A stretch of DNA of 64,000 bases from a virus: positions 32,001-96,000 of IMG/VR virus record IMGVR_UViG_3300035698_017111; one strand, given 5' to 3'. Below are positions 10,409 to 20,162 of the stretch, in pieces. Within the stretch, counting starts at the first letter, position 1. Each line of letters begins with the position of its first letter. A program made the translations under genes and the position numbers. The notes below the pieces were generated by a model, which saw only the letters and a program-made list of their open reading frames with translations, was not told where the DNA came from and did no database searches.

Positions 10409-11071
10409 ATGAAAACTCCAACAAGAATCCTCGTGGACTGGAGTGGCACAATCATCAGAGACTCTTCTATATTTCAGCAAATGGCAGAAGCGTCTGGATC
10501 ACCACATGCCATGTATTGTGGGCCACAATCATGGGATAACGTTAAATCAATAGGCCATTTTAATGCGTTTGATGAAATGACTAGTGGCAATCCATCACAG
10601 TTCTTTCTTTTGGGTGAAGAGTATTCAGACGCAGTAAAAACAATAAACTCTTACTGTGGATCCATGGGTATGGCATCCAAAACAGAAGTTCATGTCGTGT
10701 ATGACAACAAACCATCAATAGGAACCAAGACAGATGTTCTTACTGGTATGTTGGCAAAAGACTTTCAGGAAAGAGGTGGTAAGGCTAATGGTTTTTATGT
10801 AGACCCCAACAAACAGGGATTGGCAAAACGTCTACAAATAAAAATAGCAGTAGAAGATGATCCAAGAATTGCTCTATCTTTGGCTAGTCTTGGAATAAGG
10901 GTAGTTCTTATTTTGCGAAAATGGAATAGACTTTTTAATAAGGAAACTCTCCGGCTTATTGTACCGGAGCAAAAAACGATTCCTCTCATCGAAAACATCG
11001 TCTTGGTTGAAGATTGGATTGAGGCACGAGAGGTAATCGACAAACTCATAGAGGAGGTAGGATCAGAATGA
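10409..11071 (+). CDS. HAD-superfamily 5'-nucleotidase-like protein
   Basis: ILVDWSGTI motif I variant, AVEDDP, KWN, VEDW. Confidence 0.6.
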   Translation: MKTPTRILVDWSGTIIRDSSIFQQMAEASGSPHAMYCGPQSWDNVKSIGHFNAFDEMTSGNPSQFFLLGEEYSDAVKTINSYCGSMGMASKTEVHVVYDNKPSIGTKTDVLTGMLAKDFQERGGKANGFYVDPNKQGLAKRLQIKIAVEDDPRIALSLASLGIRVVLILRKWNRLFNKETLRLIVPEQKTIPLIENIVLVEDWIEAREVIDKLIEEVGSE

Positions 11072-11286
11072 AGAAGGGTACTTTTTGGACAGAGGCAAGA
11101 GTTAAGAGATTGACGAATTACATGGAACAGTATAGTAGTCACTCGAACAAGTACAATAGGATTTCTAAACGATTTCGCTCAGCAGTTTCGCCAAACGCCG
11201 TCTACAAGAAGCTTGGTCGAATGGGTCTTCTTAAGGCCAATTGGTGTAAGTCGATTAAAAATACTAGAAAACGTTCACTTCGATAA
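11068..11286 (+). CDS. small basic putative DNA-binding protein
   Basis: WTEARVKRL...AVYKKLGRMGL, HTH/Myb-like pattern. Confidence 0.45.
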   Translation: MKKGTFWTEARVKRLTNYMEQYSSHSNKYNRISKRFRSAVSPNAVYKKLGRMGLLKANWCKSIKNTRKRSLR

Positions 11287-11304
11287 GGATCGTTTGGGAG
11301 AACT

Positions 11305-11345
11305 ACAAGCTAGTTCGACTAATCATTGGACTAGCTTGTTCCTTT
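11305..11345 (+). terminator. hairpin, possible terminator
   Basis: ACAAGCTAGTT...GACTAGCTTGT inverted repeat in intergenic space. Confidence 0.45.
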
Positions 11346-11348
11346 ACC

Positions 11349-12212
11349 ATGTATAATCATAAACTAATCATCGGTGACTCTCGTAGAATGGACAATCTAG
11401 AAGATCAGTCTGTTCATTTGGTAGTTACGTCTCCACCATATTGGAAAATTAAAGATTATGGCGGGGATAATCAAATTGGCTATGGGTCTAATTACGAGAA
11501 GTATGTAGAAGACCTTAATTGTGTTTGGGATGGTTGTTATAGAGTATTGCACGATGGTTGTAAATTGTGCGTTAACATAGGTGATCAATTCTGCAGAGCC
11601 GTAAATTACGGCCGATACAAAGTAATACCTATTCGCAGTGAGATAATTCGATATTGTGAATATCGTGGTTTTGATTACATGGGTGCTATTATTTGGCAAA
11701 AGGTTACCAACTGCAACACGACAGGTGGTGCTCGTATTATGGGAAGTTATCCATACCCAAGGAATGGTATCGTGAAGATAGATTATGAATTTATTCTTAT
11801 CTTTAAGAAACCTGGAATATGCCAGCCAGCTAGTAAGGAAATAAAGGAAAAATCTAAATTAACAAAAGACGAATGGAATTCTTACTTCTCTGGACACTGG
11901 AATTTCAGTGGCAAGAGAAGAACTGAAGAACACATAGCTCCATTCCCAGTAGAACTACCACGAAGACTAATAAAGATGTTTAGTTTTGTTGGAGAAACCG
12001 TTTTAGACCCATTTTCAGGGAGTGGAACAACAGCAGCTGCAGCTTTGCGGCTTGATAGAGAATCTATTTCGTATGACACTCAAGATAAATATGTTTATGG
12101 ATCTGCAAATCGGTTGTTAAAAGATGTCGGTATCTTTGCTGACAAATACAATGTATCTTTGGAGAAACAATGCCAGGAACAAAGCCCACTAGTGTCATCG
12201 TACCTGTCTTGA
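11349..12212 (+). CDS. N4/N6 DNA methyltransferase
   Basis: GDSR, VTSPPY, HIAPFP, VLDPFSGSGTT. Confidence 0.93.
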   Translation: MYNHKLIIGDSRRMDNLEDQSVHLVVTSPPYWKIKDYGGDNQIGYGSNYEKYVEDLNCVWDGCYRVLHDGCKLCVNIGDQFCRAVNYGRYKVIPIRSEIIRYCEYRGFDYMGAIIWQKVTNCNTTGGARIMGSYPYPRNGIVKIDYEFILIFKKPGICQPASKEIKEKSKLTKDEWNSYFSGHWNFSGKRRTEEHIAPFPVELPRRLIKMFSFVGETVLDPFSGSGTTAAAALRLDRESISYDTQDKYVYGSANRLLKDVGIFADKYNVSLEKQCQEQSPLVSSYLS

Positions 12213-12925
12213 ATGAAATTGAGACAACAAAATTATTTGTCGAAAGTTTCATGAGACATGTGCCATTGCCATATGAACTGATTTTCATAGACAACAACTC
12301 AACAGATGGTACTCCAGAGTATCTGGACTCACTGCAAAGCGGAAACCCGTTTATTCGTGTGGTGACAAACGAAAAAAACATTGGAGTTGCTGCATCTTGG
12401 AATCAGGGAATTGGATTGGCCGAGCATGAGTATATTTGCATATCCAATAATGATGTGGAATTTATGTGGACTAACCCATTTGCTGAGATGCAAAAGGTGT
12501 TGGATAGAAACGAAAAAATTTCATGGACAAGCCCACGGACATGCTACAATAAAAACTTAAAGAAGATGTCTTACAAGCCATATCATTACGAGCAATTAAG
12601 ATACAATGCAAGCAACACAACATATGTTGTGGCTTGTTGTTTTATGTGTCCAAGAACTACGTTTGATGAAATTGGATTGTTTGATGAGGGTTTTGATGTT
12701 AAGTATTATGAAGACTTGGATTACTTGAATAGGATTTTAGAAAGTGGCAAAACGATATCTATGTGTGAATCTGCACTAGTGTATCATGCTGTTGGTAAAA
12801 CAAGTAGAATAACACCTGGTGGCGGTAACAATGAATCGTATTATAATGAGAAATGGCTTGGTACTAACTTTGACATATTGGCTAAACAAGGGCCAAGAAT
12901 TAAAGCTGCAAAACACTTTGAATGA
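12170..12925 (+). CDS. glycosyltransferase family 2
   Basis: SVIVPVLN, IDNNSTDGT, NNDV, FDEGF..YEDLD. Confidence 0.92.
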   Translation: MPGTKPTSVIVPVLNEIETTKLFVESFMRHVPLPYELIFIDNNSTDGTPEYLDSLQSGNPFIRVVTNEKNIGVAASWNQGIGLAEHEYICISNNDVEFMWTNPFAEMQKVLDRNEKISWTSPRTCYNKNLKKMSYKPYHYEQLRYNASNTTYVVACCFMCPRTTFDEIGLFDEGFDVKYYEDLDYLNRILESGKTISMCESALVYHAVGKTSRITPGGGNNESYYNEKWLGTNFDILAKQGPRIKAAKHFE

Positions 12926-12946
12926 AATTAAAGGGAGAGTAGATAA

Positions 12947-14257
12947 ATGAGATTTACCGTCAGAAAACACGAATTAGACAAGGCAGTTTCTGTTATTAGG
13001 GGCTCTAATGCTCTTGGTAGGAAAGAAGATGAGATGCTTTGTCTCCTCTCAATTGAAGCAACCAATACGGATGGGAAAAACAAAGTAGAATTGTTAGCTA
13101 CAAACATTGGCGTTTGGGCTAGTGCCTGTGTTACCGATGAGGATTTTTCTGATCTTGGCGAAGAGGCGTCCAAGAACTTTTCTGTTGAAAAGCCTGGTAG
13201 AGTTCTTGTTGATGGACATTCGTTCCTCAATAGAATTGTCACCTATCCGCAAAACTCAATCATTCATTTCACACTCGAAAGCAAGAGCTCTAAAGGTAGT
13301 GAAAAATCTGAGTTCCTTCAAGCCAAATACGAAGTTAAAAACGCACAAAAAACAAAATGGAAGACATGTGGGTTCCTTCTAAAGAATTCCGATATATTTG
13401 AAACAATGCCTCCAGACGAGGAGAGGAAAGAAGCTTCTGTCCCAGCTAGCCATCTTTACGAAGCTGTAAATTCTGTATCGTTTGCTGCTGGCTCTGATGA
13501 AACAGATCATTATCTTTGGGGTTGTCAGGTTCAGGTTTACGGTAATGAGGTTTCTGCATTCTCTTCAGACAGATCTAGATTGTGTTGGTTTGATGAGAAG
13601 GGTAGAGATAGAGAGGGTGAACCAGAACTCGTCTTTGTTCCAGTAAAGGAAAGTTTTTTGTCTGCATTGAAAAATATGGAGATGACAGAACAAATTGACA
13701 TTGAAGCTGGAGAGAGATACACCATCATTAAGCAGAGAAATCAATGGCATGCTGTTCCTAATGTTATGAATCCAGAAGAACTCCCAGACTGGAGAGAAAT
13801 TGCACAGAAGTTAAAGAAGACTGCTGTGTCTACTGTTCGAGTCCCAAAGAAAAGTATTCTTGATTTTATCAAGTCGGCACTCACTGAATCAACAGCTCAA
13901 TTTGGTATTGGCTTGTCGTTTGATTCTGAAAACAAAACAGTATCCTTCTCTATAGATAGGATTGAAGTCGGCAATGTTCTTTATTCGTATATTGATGAAG
14001 GTGAGTCTCTGGACGATGCAGATTTTACTGGAGATATTGATTCAAAAGTTATTCTTACAATTGAAAATGTTAGAGATATTATATCGAGATACTCTGACGA
14101 GATGGTTATATTTAGGGTAACCAATGGAACGTCTCCTGTTGAGATAATGAGTAATGGAGATACTATAGAATACATTAGCAGTACTGTACGTTCGTTGTCT
14201 GAAGAACACCCAAGTGAAGAATCGAAAGAAGAACCGAATGAAGAAACAGAAGAGTAG
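12947..14257 (+). CDS. dnaN: DNA polymerase III beta sliding clamp-like protein
   Basis: MRFTV start, LLATN, VEKPGRVLV, VSFAAG, SDRSRL, LPDW; lies near dnaX and holA. Confidence 0.75.
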   Translation: MRFTVRKHELDKAVSVIRGSNALGRKEDEMLCLLSIEATNTDGKNKVELLATNIGVWASACVTDEDFSDLGEEASKNFSVEKPGRVLVDGHSFLNRIVTYPQNSIIHFTLESKSSKGSEKSEFLQAKYEVKNAQKTKWKTCGFLLKNSDIFETMPPDEERKEASVPASHLYEAVNSVSFAAGSDETDHYLWGCQVQVYGNEVSAFSSDRSRLCWFDEKGRDREGEPELVFVPVKESFLSALKNMEMTEQIDIEAGERYTIIKQRNQWHAVPNVMNPEELPDWREIAQKLKKTAVSTVRVPKKSILDFIKSALTESTAQFGIGLSFDSENKTVSFSIDRIEVGNVLYSYIDEGESLDDADFTGDIDSKVILTIENVRDIISRYSDEMVIFRVTNGTSPVEIMSNGDTIEYISSTVRSLSEEHPSEESKEEPNEETEE

Positions 14258-15248
14258 TATAAGCTTCTATTGGTTGATCGGGGATCGTTTTCTTTGTATT
14301 GAGAGAAAAAAAGACATAATAGAAAGTATCTCAGGTAAAAAGAAACATACTGTTAAATATATCAAATCAACCGATTCTGCAGATGATTTCTGCAGTAAAA
14401 TGAGCGTTAGAGATCTTTTTGGGTCTTCGAAAACCATCTATGTGTACGATGGTCAGATACCAGAACCAGCTAAGACAATTGGATTCATACAATGTCTTGA
14501 AAGCGATTCTGTGCTTGTCGTTGTTACGGACAAGGTTGATAAGAGAAGCAAGATATACAAAGACCTCAAGAACCATGTTGAAGAATTTCCAACGGTTATG
14601 AGTGGTCCGTATCCAGATAGGTCTAAGATTAAGGTTGTTGAAAGGATTATAAAAAAAATGGTAAGGTGGGATGGTGATGATGGGGTTTTTGATTTCATCT
14701 TCCAAACATGTGGATATGACGCTGGTAAGACTGTAAATGAAATTAAGAAGATATGTATCTATAATGACGGTTCATGTCCACAAGAGTTCGCAGATATCAT
14801 TGGAATAATGTCAGATAGAGATGATCCAGATATAACTAAATTTGTTATGTCTTTGTCTGATGGTGACTCAGAATCTGCTATTAGTTTGTGTGATAAGATT
14901 ACAAGTTCTGGTAATTTTGAACAGATAAAGATGCCTGTATTTGGTGCAATTCTAGAACAGGCATTCTTCACATTGTATTGTGTTATGGCAGAGAAATCTG
15001 GTGCTGAAAATGCTGATCAAGTTGGAAAGTTTATTTCTGAAACATGGCAAAAAAAGGGTAAAAATGTCAGTGCAGTTTCAATGTCAAGGAGATACTCATA
15101 TTCCAGAGATCAATTAGATGGATTGAGTGTTAAAAGAGCAAGCCAAAGAGTAGAACATATTTACAAGGCTATGAAGAAATGTTTGTTGAATGTGGGAACG
15201 CCTAAACACGTCTTTCACGAACTTGTCCTTTCGTATAAATACATATAA
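14214..15248 (+). CDS. holA: DNA polymerase III delta subunit-like protein
   Basis: YWLIGD, DLFG, VDKRSKIYK, NEIKKI pattern of HolA. Confidence 0.7.
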   Translation: MKNRKKNRMKKQKSSISFYWLIGDRFLCIERKKDIIESISGKKKHTVKYIKSTDSADDFCSKMSVRDLFGSSKTIYVYDGQIPEPAKTIGFIQCLESDSVLVVVTDKVDKRSKIYKDLKNHVEEFPTVMSGPYPDRSKIKVVERIIKKMVRWDGDDGVFDFIFQTCGYDAGKTVNEIKKICIYNDGSCPQEFADIIGIMSDRDDPDITKFVMSLSDGDSESAISLCDKITSSGNFEQIKMPVFGAILEQAFFTLYCVMAEKSGAENADQVGKFISETWQKKGKNVSAVSMSRRYSYSRDQLDGLSVKRASQRVEHIYKAMKKCLLNVGTPKHVFHELVLSYKYI

Positions 15249-15253
15249 AATGG

Positions 15254-15280
15254 AGGGATTTCCACGGTAAAATTGGAATA
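15254..15280 (+). promoter_or_regulatory. SigH-like promoter (GGAT...GAAT)
   Basis: AGGGATT...GGAATA; same motif and spacing recurs at 31289, 36543, 50234 and 62283 (minus). Confidence 0.55.
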
Positions 15281-15306
15281 ATAAGCCAAAACCAAGGAGA
15301 TCCCAC

Positions 15307-15810
15307 ATGTCTATTATTCTGTCCCTAGATCCTGCAAGTTTAAAGAATCTGGGGCTTTGTGTTGCTAAATTTATGAAAAAGGAAATGAGGATAATTGATA
15401 GTTTTACAAACGTTTTTGATGTTGATCTTGAAAACAAAGACAAAAGACTTGTTGAGACGAAGATTCTAATAGAGGCTCTTATTGACAAGCACAAAGTAGA
15501 TACGGTTGTTTTTGAAAGATCAATGGGGTTTGGTAAGGCTTTTGTTCGTAATCAACTCAGCGAACAAACAGGTATTGTTAAACTTGTTGCTTACGAAAAA
15601 GGCGTTCCGGTAGTCGAAATATCTCCCAAGACAGCGAAGAAGAGGATTACTGGTAGCGGAAATGCTACCAAGAGAGAGGTGATTAACGCTGTTTTAGAGA
15701 CATTTAGCATGAATAAAAAAGACCTATCCTCTGAGCATGAGGCAGATGCCATTGCGATGGCCTATACCCACTTTAAGATGGTAAGAGAAGATGAGTGTAA
15801 TAAAAAATGA
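15307..15810 (+). CDS. ruvC: Holliday junction resolvase RuvC
   Basis: LSLDP, VFE, ISPKTAKKRITGSGNATK, HEADAIAMA. Confidence 0.92.
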   Translation: MSIILSLDPASLKNLGLCVAKFMKKEMRIIDSFTNVFDVDLENKDKRLVETKILIEALIDKHKVDTVVFERSMGFGKAFVRNQLSEQTGIVKLVAYEKGVPVVEISPKTAKKRITGSGNATKREVINAVLETFSMNKKDLSSEHEADAIAMAYTHFKMVREDECNKK

Positions 15811-17308
15811 AAAGGCTGTAAGTATAATGGCGATTAAAGCATTAGAAGAATTTTTGCTATTGGCAGAAGTTATATTTATTTGTTTAGACAAGGATGCAAC
15901 TATTACTGCAATCAATGGTCATGGTGTTGACATCTTGGAATGTGATGACGAGTCTGACGTTATTGGTCTTAATTGGATAGAAGATTTTATTCCAGAGTAT
16001 TTCAAAGACAATATAAGAAAACTTTTTTTATCAAATATTAAAAACCCAGATACGGTGTCTGTCTACCATCAGAATCCAATATTGACTAAAAAAGGAAATG
16101 TAAAATGGATTTCCTGGACCAATGCAATTAGAGAAAGTGGTGATGGAGAATATGTTTCTGTAAGTTGTGGTGTTGATATCACCCAATGGAAACATCTTGA
16201 GGTAAGGATAGGTGAGGGTCTTGATAAACAAAGAAAAAGTGAAGAGACATTAAAATCCATTACTGAATCAACACAAGATTTCATTATTCTTAAAGACACA
16301 AGTTCTAGGTATTTGTATGTTAACAAATCTACTACAGATGCTTTTAACATACCTTATGAAGAATGGGTTGGAAGAACTAGGGAAGAAATATTTAGACCTA
16401 ATACAAAAGATAAAGATAAGTCAACACAAAGAACAGTTGAAAGTCTTGAAAAAAAAATAATTGAAACTGGTGAAACTGTTACGCATGAACTCGAAATGCT
16501 TGGAAAACAATTTCATGTTGTTTACTCTCCTGTAAAAAACGAAAATGGTAAAGTTGAGATGATTTCTGTTATATTTAGGGATATTTCTAAATTAAAAGAA
16601 GCAGAAGAAGAGTTAAAGAAACGAAATCAAAACTTAGAAGATTTTACCGATGTTGTTTCGCACGATCTTCAAGAACCATTGAGAAAAATAACCTCATATG
16701 TTGAAAGAATAAAAAAAGAAACTCCAATGAAGGATCGCAGGAAGTCTTCACAGCATATGGGTAAGATAATTGATGCATCTCAAAGAATGCAAAAATTGAT
16801 TGATGATCTTTTAGAATTCTCAAGAATAAACCTTGAAGAAGATTGTAACTTTTTCCAAAAGGTTAACGTAGAGGATGTGATAAACGAAGTGATGTCAGAT
16901 CTTGAAATAAGGATAGAGTCGTCTAAAGCTAAAATATCTGTTGAAAACATGCCAACAATAGAAGCAGATCGAACTCAAATGAGACAGCTTTTCCAAAATC
17001 TAATTAGTAATTCTATTAAGTTTAAAAAGGAAAATGTCGCTCCAATTATTAATATATCTTGTGAGATGGTCAATGACATGGCCATCATTTTTGTAACTGA
17101 CAATGGAATAGGATTTGATGAAAAGTACAAAAATAAAATCTTCTTGCCCTTTAGAAGACTTTATAGACATACGAAGTACCCCGGATCTGGCATCGGATTA
17201 GCCATTTGTAAGAAGATAGTCAATGCACACTGTGGATGTATTGGTGTCAAAAGCAAAATCGGAGAGGGATGTTCTTTTGTCATTAGTCTACCTATGAAGC
17301 AGGATTAA
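15791..17308 (+). CDS. PAS-PAS sensor histidine kinase
   Basis: Two PAS/PAC domains; H box SHDLQEPLRKI; QNLISNSIKF, DNGIGF, GSGIGLAIC. Confidence 0.95.
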   Translation: MSVIKNEKAVSIMAIKALEEFLLLAEVIFICLDKDATITAINGHGVDILECDDESDVIGLNWIEDFIPEYFKDNIRKLFLSNIKNPDTVSVYHQNPILTKKGNVKWISWTNAIRESGDGEYVSVSCGVDITQWKHLEVRIGEGLDKQRKSEETLKSITESTQDFIILKDTSSRYLYVNKSTTDAFNIPYEEWVGRTREEIFRPNTKDKDKSTQRTVESLEKKIIETGETVTHELEMLGKQFHVVYSPVKNENGKVEMISVIFRDISKLKEAEEELKKRNQNLEDFTDVVSHDLQEPLRKITSYVERIKKETPMKDRRKSSQHMGKIIDASQRMQKLIDDLLEFSRINLEEDCNFFQKVNVEDVINEVMSDLEIRIESSKAKISVENMPTIEADRTQMRQLFQNLISNSIKFKKENVAPIINISCEMVNDMAIIFVTDNGIGFDEKYKNKIFLPFRRLYRHTKYPGSGIGLAICKKIVNAHCGCIGVKSKIGEGCSFVISLPMKQD

Positions 17309-17323
17309 TAAAGGATATGACGC

Positions 17324-17791
17324 ATGGTGAATGAGAATAAATTATCTAGTAAACACTTAATAGTATTACTTGTTGACGATGACGAAGAAGACCGTGGTAT
17401 TGTCCATGATGCTATTTCTGAATTGTTTGATGGTGTTCGAATCATTCAGATGGATGATGGTGAGGATTTAAGTAATTATCTAAATAGCGAAGAAGATTTC
17501 GCAGAGAGACCACCAGTTAATGGATCTCTACTGATAATTCTTGATTTACGGATGCACAGGAAGTCTGGATTTGAGGTTTTGAAGGAAATTAAAGAAAATA
17601 AAAAAACACAATCCATTCCTGTTATTATATATAGTGGCTCTAGCTCACAGAAAGACATAAATACAAGTTATAAACTCGGAGCAAACAGCTACATTACGAA
17701 ATCATACAGTTTAGATGAAGTAAATCAGACATTGGGTAATGCTCTCAATTTTTGGTTATCAACATCTGGGTTGCCAAACGTTTCCATCTGA
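17324..17791 (+). CDS. single-domain response regulator (Rcp1-like)
   Basis: LVDDDEED, IILDLRM..SGFEVL, GANSYITK. Confidence 0.93.
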   Translation: MVNENKLSSKHLIVLLVDDDEEDRGIVHDAISELFDGVRIIQMDDGEDLSNYLNSEEDFAERPPVNGSLLIILDLRMHRKSGFEVLKEIKENKKTQSIPVIIYSGSSSQKDINTSYKLGANSYITKSYSLDEVNQTLGNALNFWLSTSGLPNVSI

Positions 17792-17808
17792 GCTAAAGGA
17801 GAGGGTCC

Positions 17809-18750
17809 ATGGGCAATAACGATATCCTCAGAGTATTATTAATAGAGGATGACGAAGAAGATTATGAACTCACGAAAGATCTTGTAAATGAAATTAAAAG
17901 AACAAAAATAGAATTAGATTTTTGTGAGACGTATGATGAGGGTCTTGAAAAAATAAAAAGTGGTGAATACGATGCATATCTTGTTGATTGCAAATTGGGT
18001 TTAGATGACGGACTTGACTTGATTGACGAAGCTAAACTCCACGAATGTAGATCTCCAATAATAATACTCACCGGACAAAGAAATGGCAATATTGATATAA
18101 AGGCACTTAACAGAGGGGCAGATGATTATCTGTCTAAAAGGAATACCGATGCTTCTCTTTTGGAAAAAAGCATTCTGTATTCTATTGAGAAAAAGAAACT
18201 TGAAAGAAAACTAAAAGATAGTCAAACTCTTCTATCGTCCATATTAGACACGACAAAAGTTGGTATGTGTCTTATTGATAAAAATAACAATATTGTAAAA
18301 ACAAATCCAGCATTGTTGTCAATGTTTAATTTAGAAGATGTTTCTATTAATGTCTTTGAAAGTACATTTTTGTTATCAGAACACAACTCTTCACCATTTC
18401 GTAACAAATCTTTGCAAAAAGAACTTCCAGTTGGAAACCCTATAGACCTATCACTATTACATAACGATGGAGAATATGTTGTAAAATGTCTCCTAAATAG
18501 TATTGTAAAAGACTGCACCATTACAATAAGTGATCTTTCTTATGTTAACGGTAGTGTTCAAGAATTTATTCTAATTAATTTTATAGACATTACCAAACAG
18601 AAAAAAACAGAAAAAAGTCTAGTTGATACACAAATAAAACTACAAAGATCTATTGAAAAACATGGCATTAAAACAGAAGATCCAAATGTTATGATGGATT
18701 TGATTGACTTGGAAATCTGTAGGATGCGAGGAGAGTCAAGCTGTGTTTGA
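17809..18750 (+). CDS. receiver-PAS domain protein with no output domain
   Basis: LIEDDEED, YLVDCKLG, GADDYLSK, then a PAS-like region. Confidence 0.88.
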   Translation: MGNNDILRVLLIEDDEEDYELTKDLVNEIKRTKIELDFCETYDEGLEKIKSGEYDAYLVDCKLGLDDGLDLIDEAKLHECRSPIIILTGQRNGNIDIKALNRGADDYLSKRNTDASLLEKSILYSIEKKKLERKLKDSQTLLSSILDTTKVGMCLIDKNNNIVKTNPALLSMFNLEDVSINVFESTFLLSEHNSSPFRNKSLQKELPVGNPIDLSLLHNDGEYVVKCLLNSIVKDCTITISDLSYVNGSVQEFILINFIDITKQKKTEKSLVDTQIKLQRSIEKHGIKTEDPNVMMDLIDLEICRMRGESSCV

Positions 18751-19267
18751 AGAGATCATTACAGTTCTGATTGCTAGTCCACAGGGTGGCGTTGTTATCG
18801 TCTGCCTCATACTAGTCATATCTCTTATAGTGTGGCTTTTCCTTAATTTTATTTTCAAAATCTTTAAATGGGTCTATGAAAAGGACCAGGAAAAAAAACA
18901 GTTTGCGAAGATACAAAAAGATCTAGAAAAACAATTCGGCGACAAATTCAAAGACCTAAAAGAAGACGTAAATAATGATTTTAAAGATCAAGAAGAGAGG
19001 CAAAAGAATAGAATCTCTGATGGAACTGTGTCTAAGGGAGAACTTTTTAATAAATTAGATACATTTAATAAAGAATTGGGGAATATCCGACAAGAATATA
19101 GTGCCAATATGGTTCCTAGAAAAGAATGTCGAGAAGAACAAAAAACAATTAGAGAAGACATTAGAGATGTTGAGAAAACACACAAAACAGACATTGAGAG
19201 ACTCCGAGAAGAAATGGGAGACGTGAAAGCCAGAGTTGGGTCTATGGAAGGTAAAATAGACAACTAA
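18743..19267 (+). CDS. membrane-anchored coiled-coil protein
   Basis: N-terminal hydrophobic helix then charged coiled coil; GTG start with AGGAG RBS. Confidence 0.6.
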   Translation: MFEEIITVLIASPQGGVVIVCLILVISLIVWLFLNFIFKIFKWVYEKDQEKKQFAKIQKDLEKQFGDKFKDLKEDVNNDFKDQEERQKNRISDGTVSKGELFNKLDTFNKELGNIRQEYSANMVPRKECREEQKTIREDIRDVEKTHKTDIERLREEMGDVKARVGSMEGKIDN

Positions 19268-19926
19268 TGAGAACATATACCATACAAGAAGCTGTGCCAC
19301 CCAAGTGGGCTGCTATTAATGATTTGGTCCTCCAGGCAAAAATTGGAGGGAAGGAAGAAGTAAATAACCTATGGAAAATCTATAAATTCGTTTTTGACGA
19401 AATATTTGCTGGTTTTCTTGTAGTATATGAGTTTTTTGGCACTGAGAGAATAGAAATCTATTATCATTTTCGAATGTGGTTTTTAGATTTCGTTACAAGA
19501 TATGATTTTGAAGGGAAGTATGGTTTTGGATACTATCTCAAAAAAGAGATAATTAAAGAAACAAAAGAACATCTTCGTGAACGATATATGCTTTCTGACG
19601 AAATGTTGATCAGAGATGAGATTATAACAGAAACAATTCGTTCTGATACGCCGAACAAAGAGAGGACAGAAGAAAAAAGAGAAATACAAAATGCCCTTAG
19701 GATAATGACTCCAAAGACTAGACAAGCAACTTATTGGCACATTTACAAGGGTTTTAGGTTAAAAGACTGTGCAGAAATAGCAGGAACCAGAGAAGATACT
19801 TTGTCAAGAAAAATTATGGCGGCACGAAAGAAAGTCTTACAGAGTCTGTACGGGATAGAAACAAAAGCAAAGAAACAGAAGAGACGGGAAAAAATATATA
19901 GAATTCCATATACCGCACCCTCCTAA
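19267..19926 (+). CDS. divergent sigma70-like / region-4 HTH protein
   Basis: DFVTRYD...FGYYL (region 2-like) and ALRIMTPKTRQ...LKDCAEIAG (region 4-like). Confidence 0.55.
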   Translation: MRTYTIQEAVPPKWAAINDLVLQAKIGGKEEVNNLWKIYKFVFDEIFAGFLVVYEFFGTERIEIYYHFRMWFLDFVTRYDFEGKYGFGYYLKKEIIKETKEHLRERYMLSDEMLIRDEIITETIRSDTPNKERTEEKREIQNALRIMTPKTRQATYWHIYKGFRLKDCAEIAGTREDTLSRKIMAARKKVLQSLYGIETKAKKQKRREKIYRIPYTAPS

Positions 19927-20162
19927 TGGAGATAAAGATGAGAACAGAAAAGAAAGAGATGCACCCACCCAAACATTTCACACTAGATCCAGATCATCCA
20001 CAAGTTGGTGATAAGGATTGGTTGGGTAAATTCGCTGAATCTATGCTGAAAAAAGCTGCTACTGCCCCATATGGTGTTTACCCACTGGGGGGATTGGACC
20101 CAAACGAAGAGAAAGACTTAAGATGCAGAGATATAAGACAGAAACGTATAATGATCAATTAG
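19926..20162 (+). CDS. hypothetical protein
   Basis: ORF coupled to its neighbours. Confidence 0.5.
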   Translation: MEIKMRTEKKEMHPPKHFTLDPDHPQVGDKDWLGKFAESMLKKAATAPYGVYPLGGLDPNEEKDLRCRDIRQKRIMIN

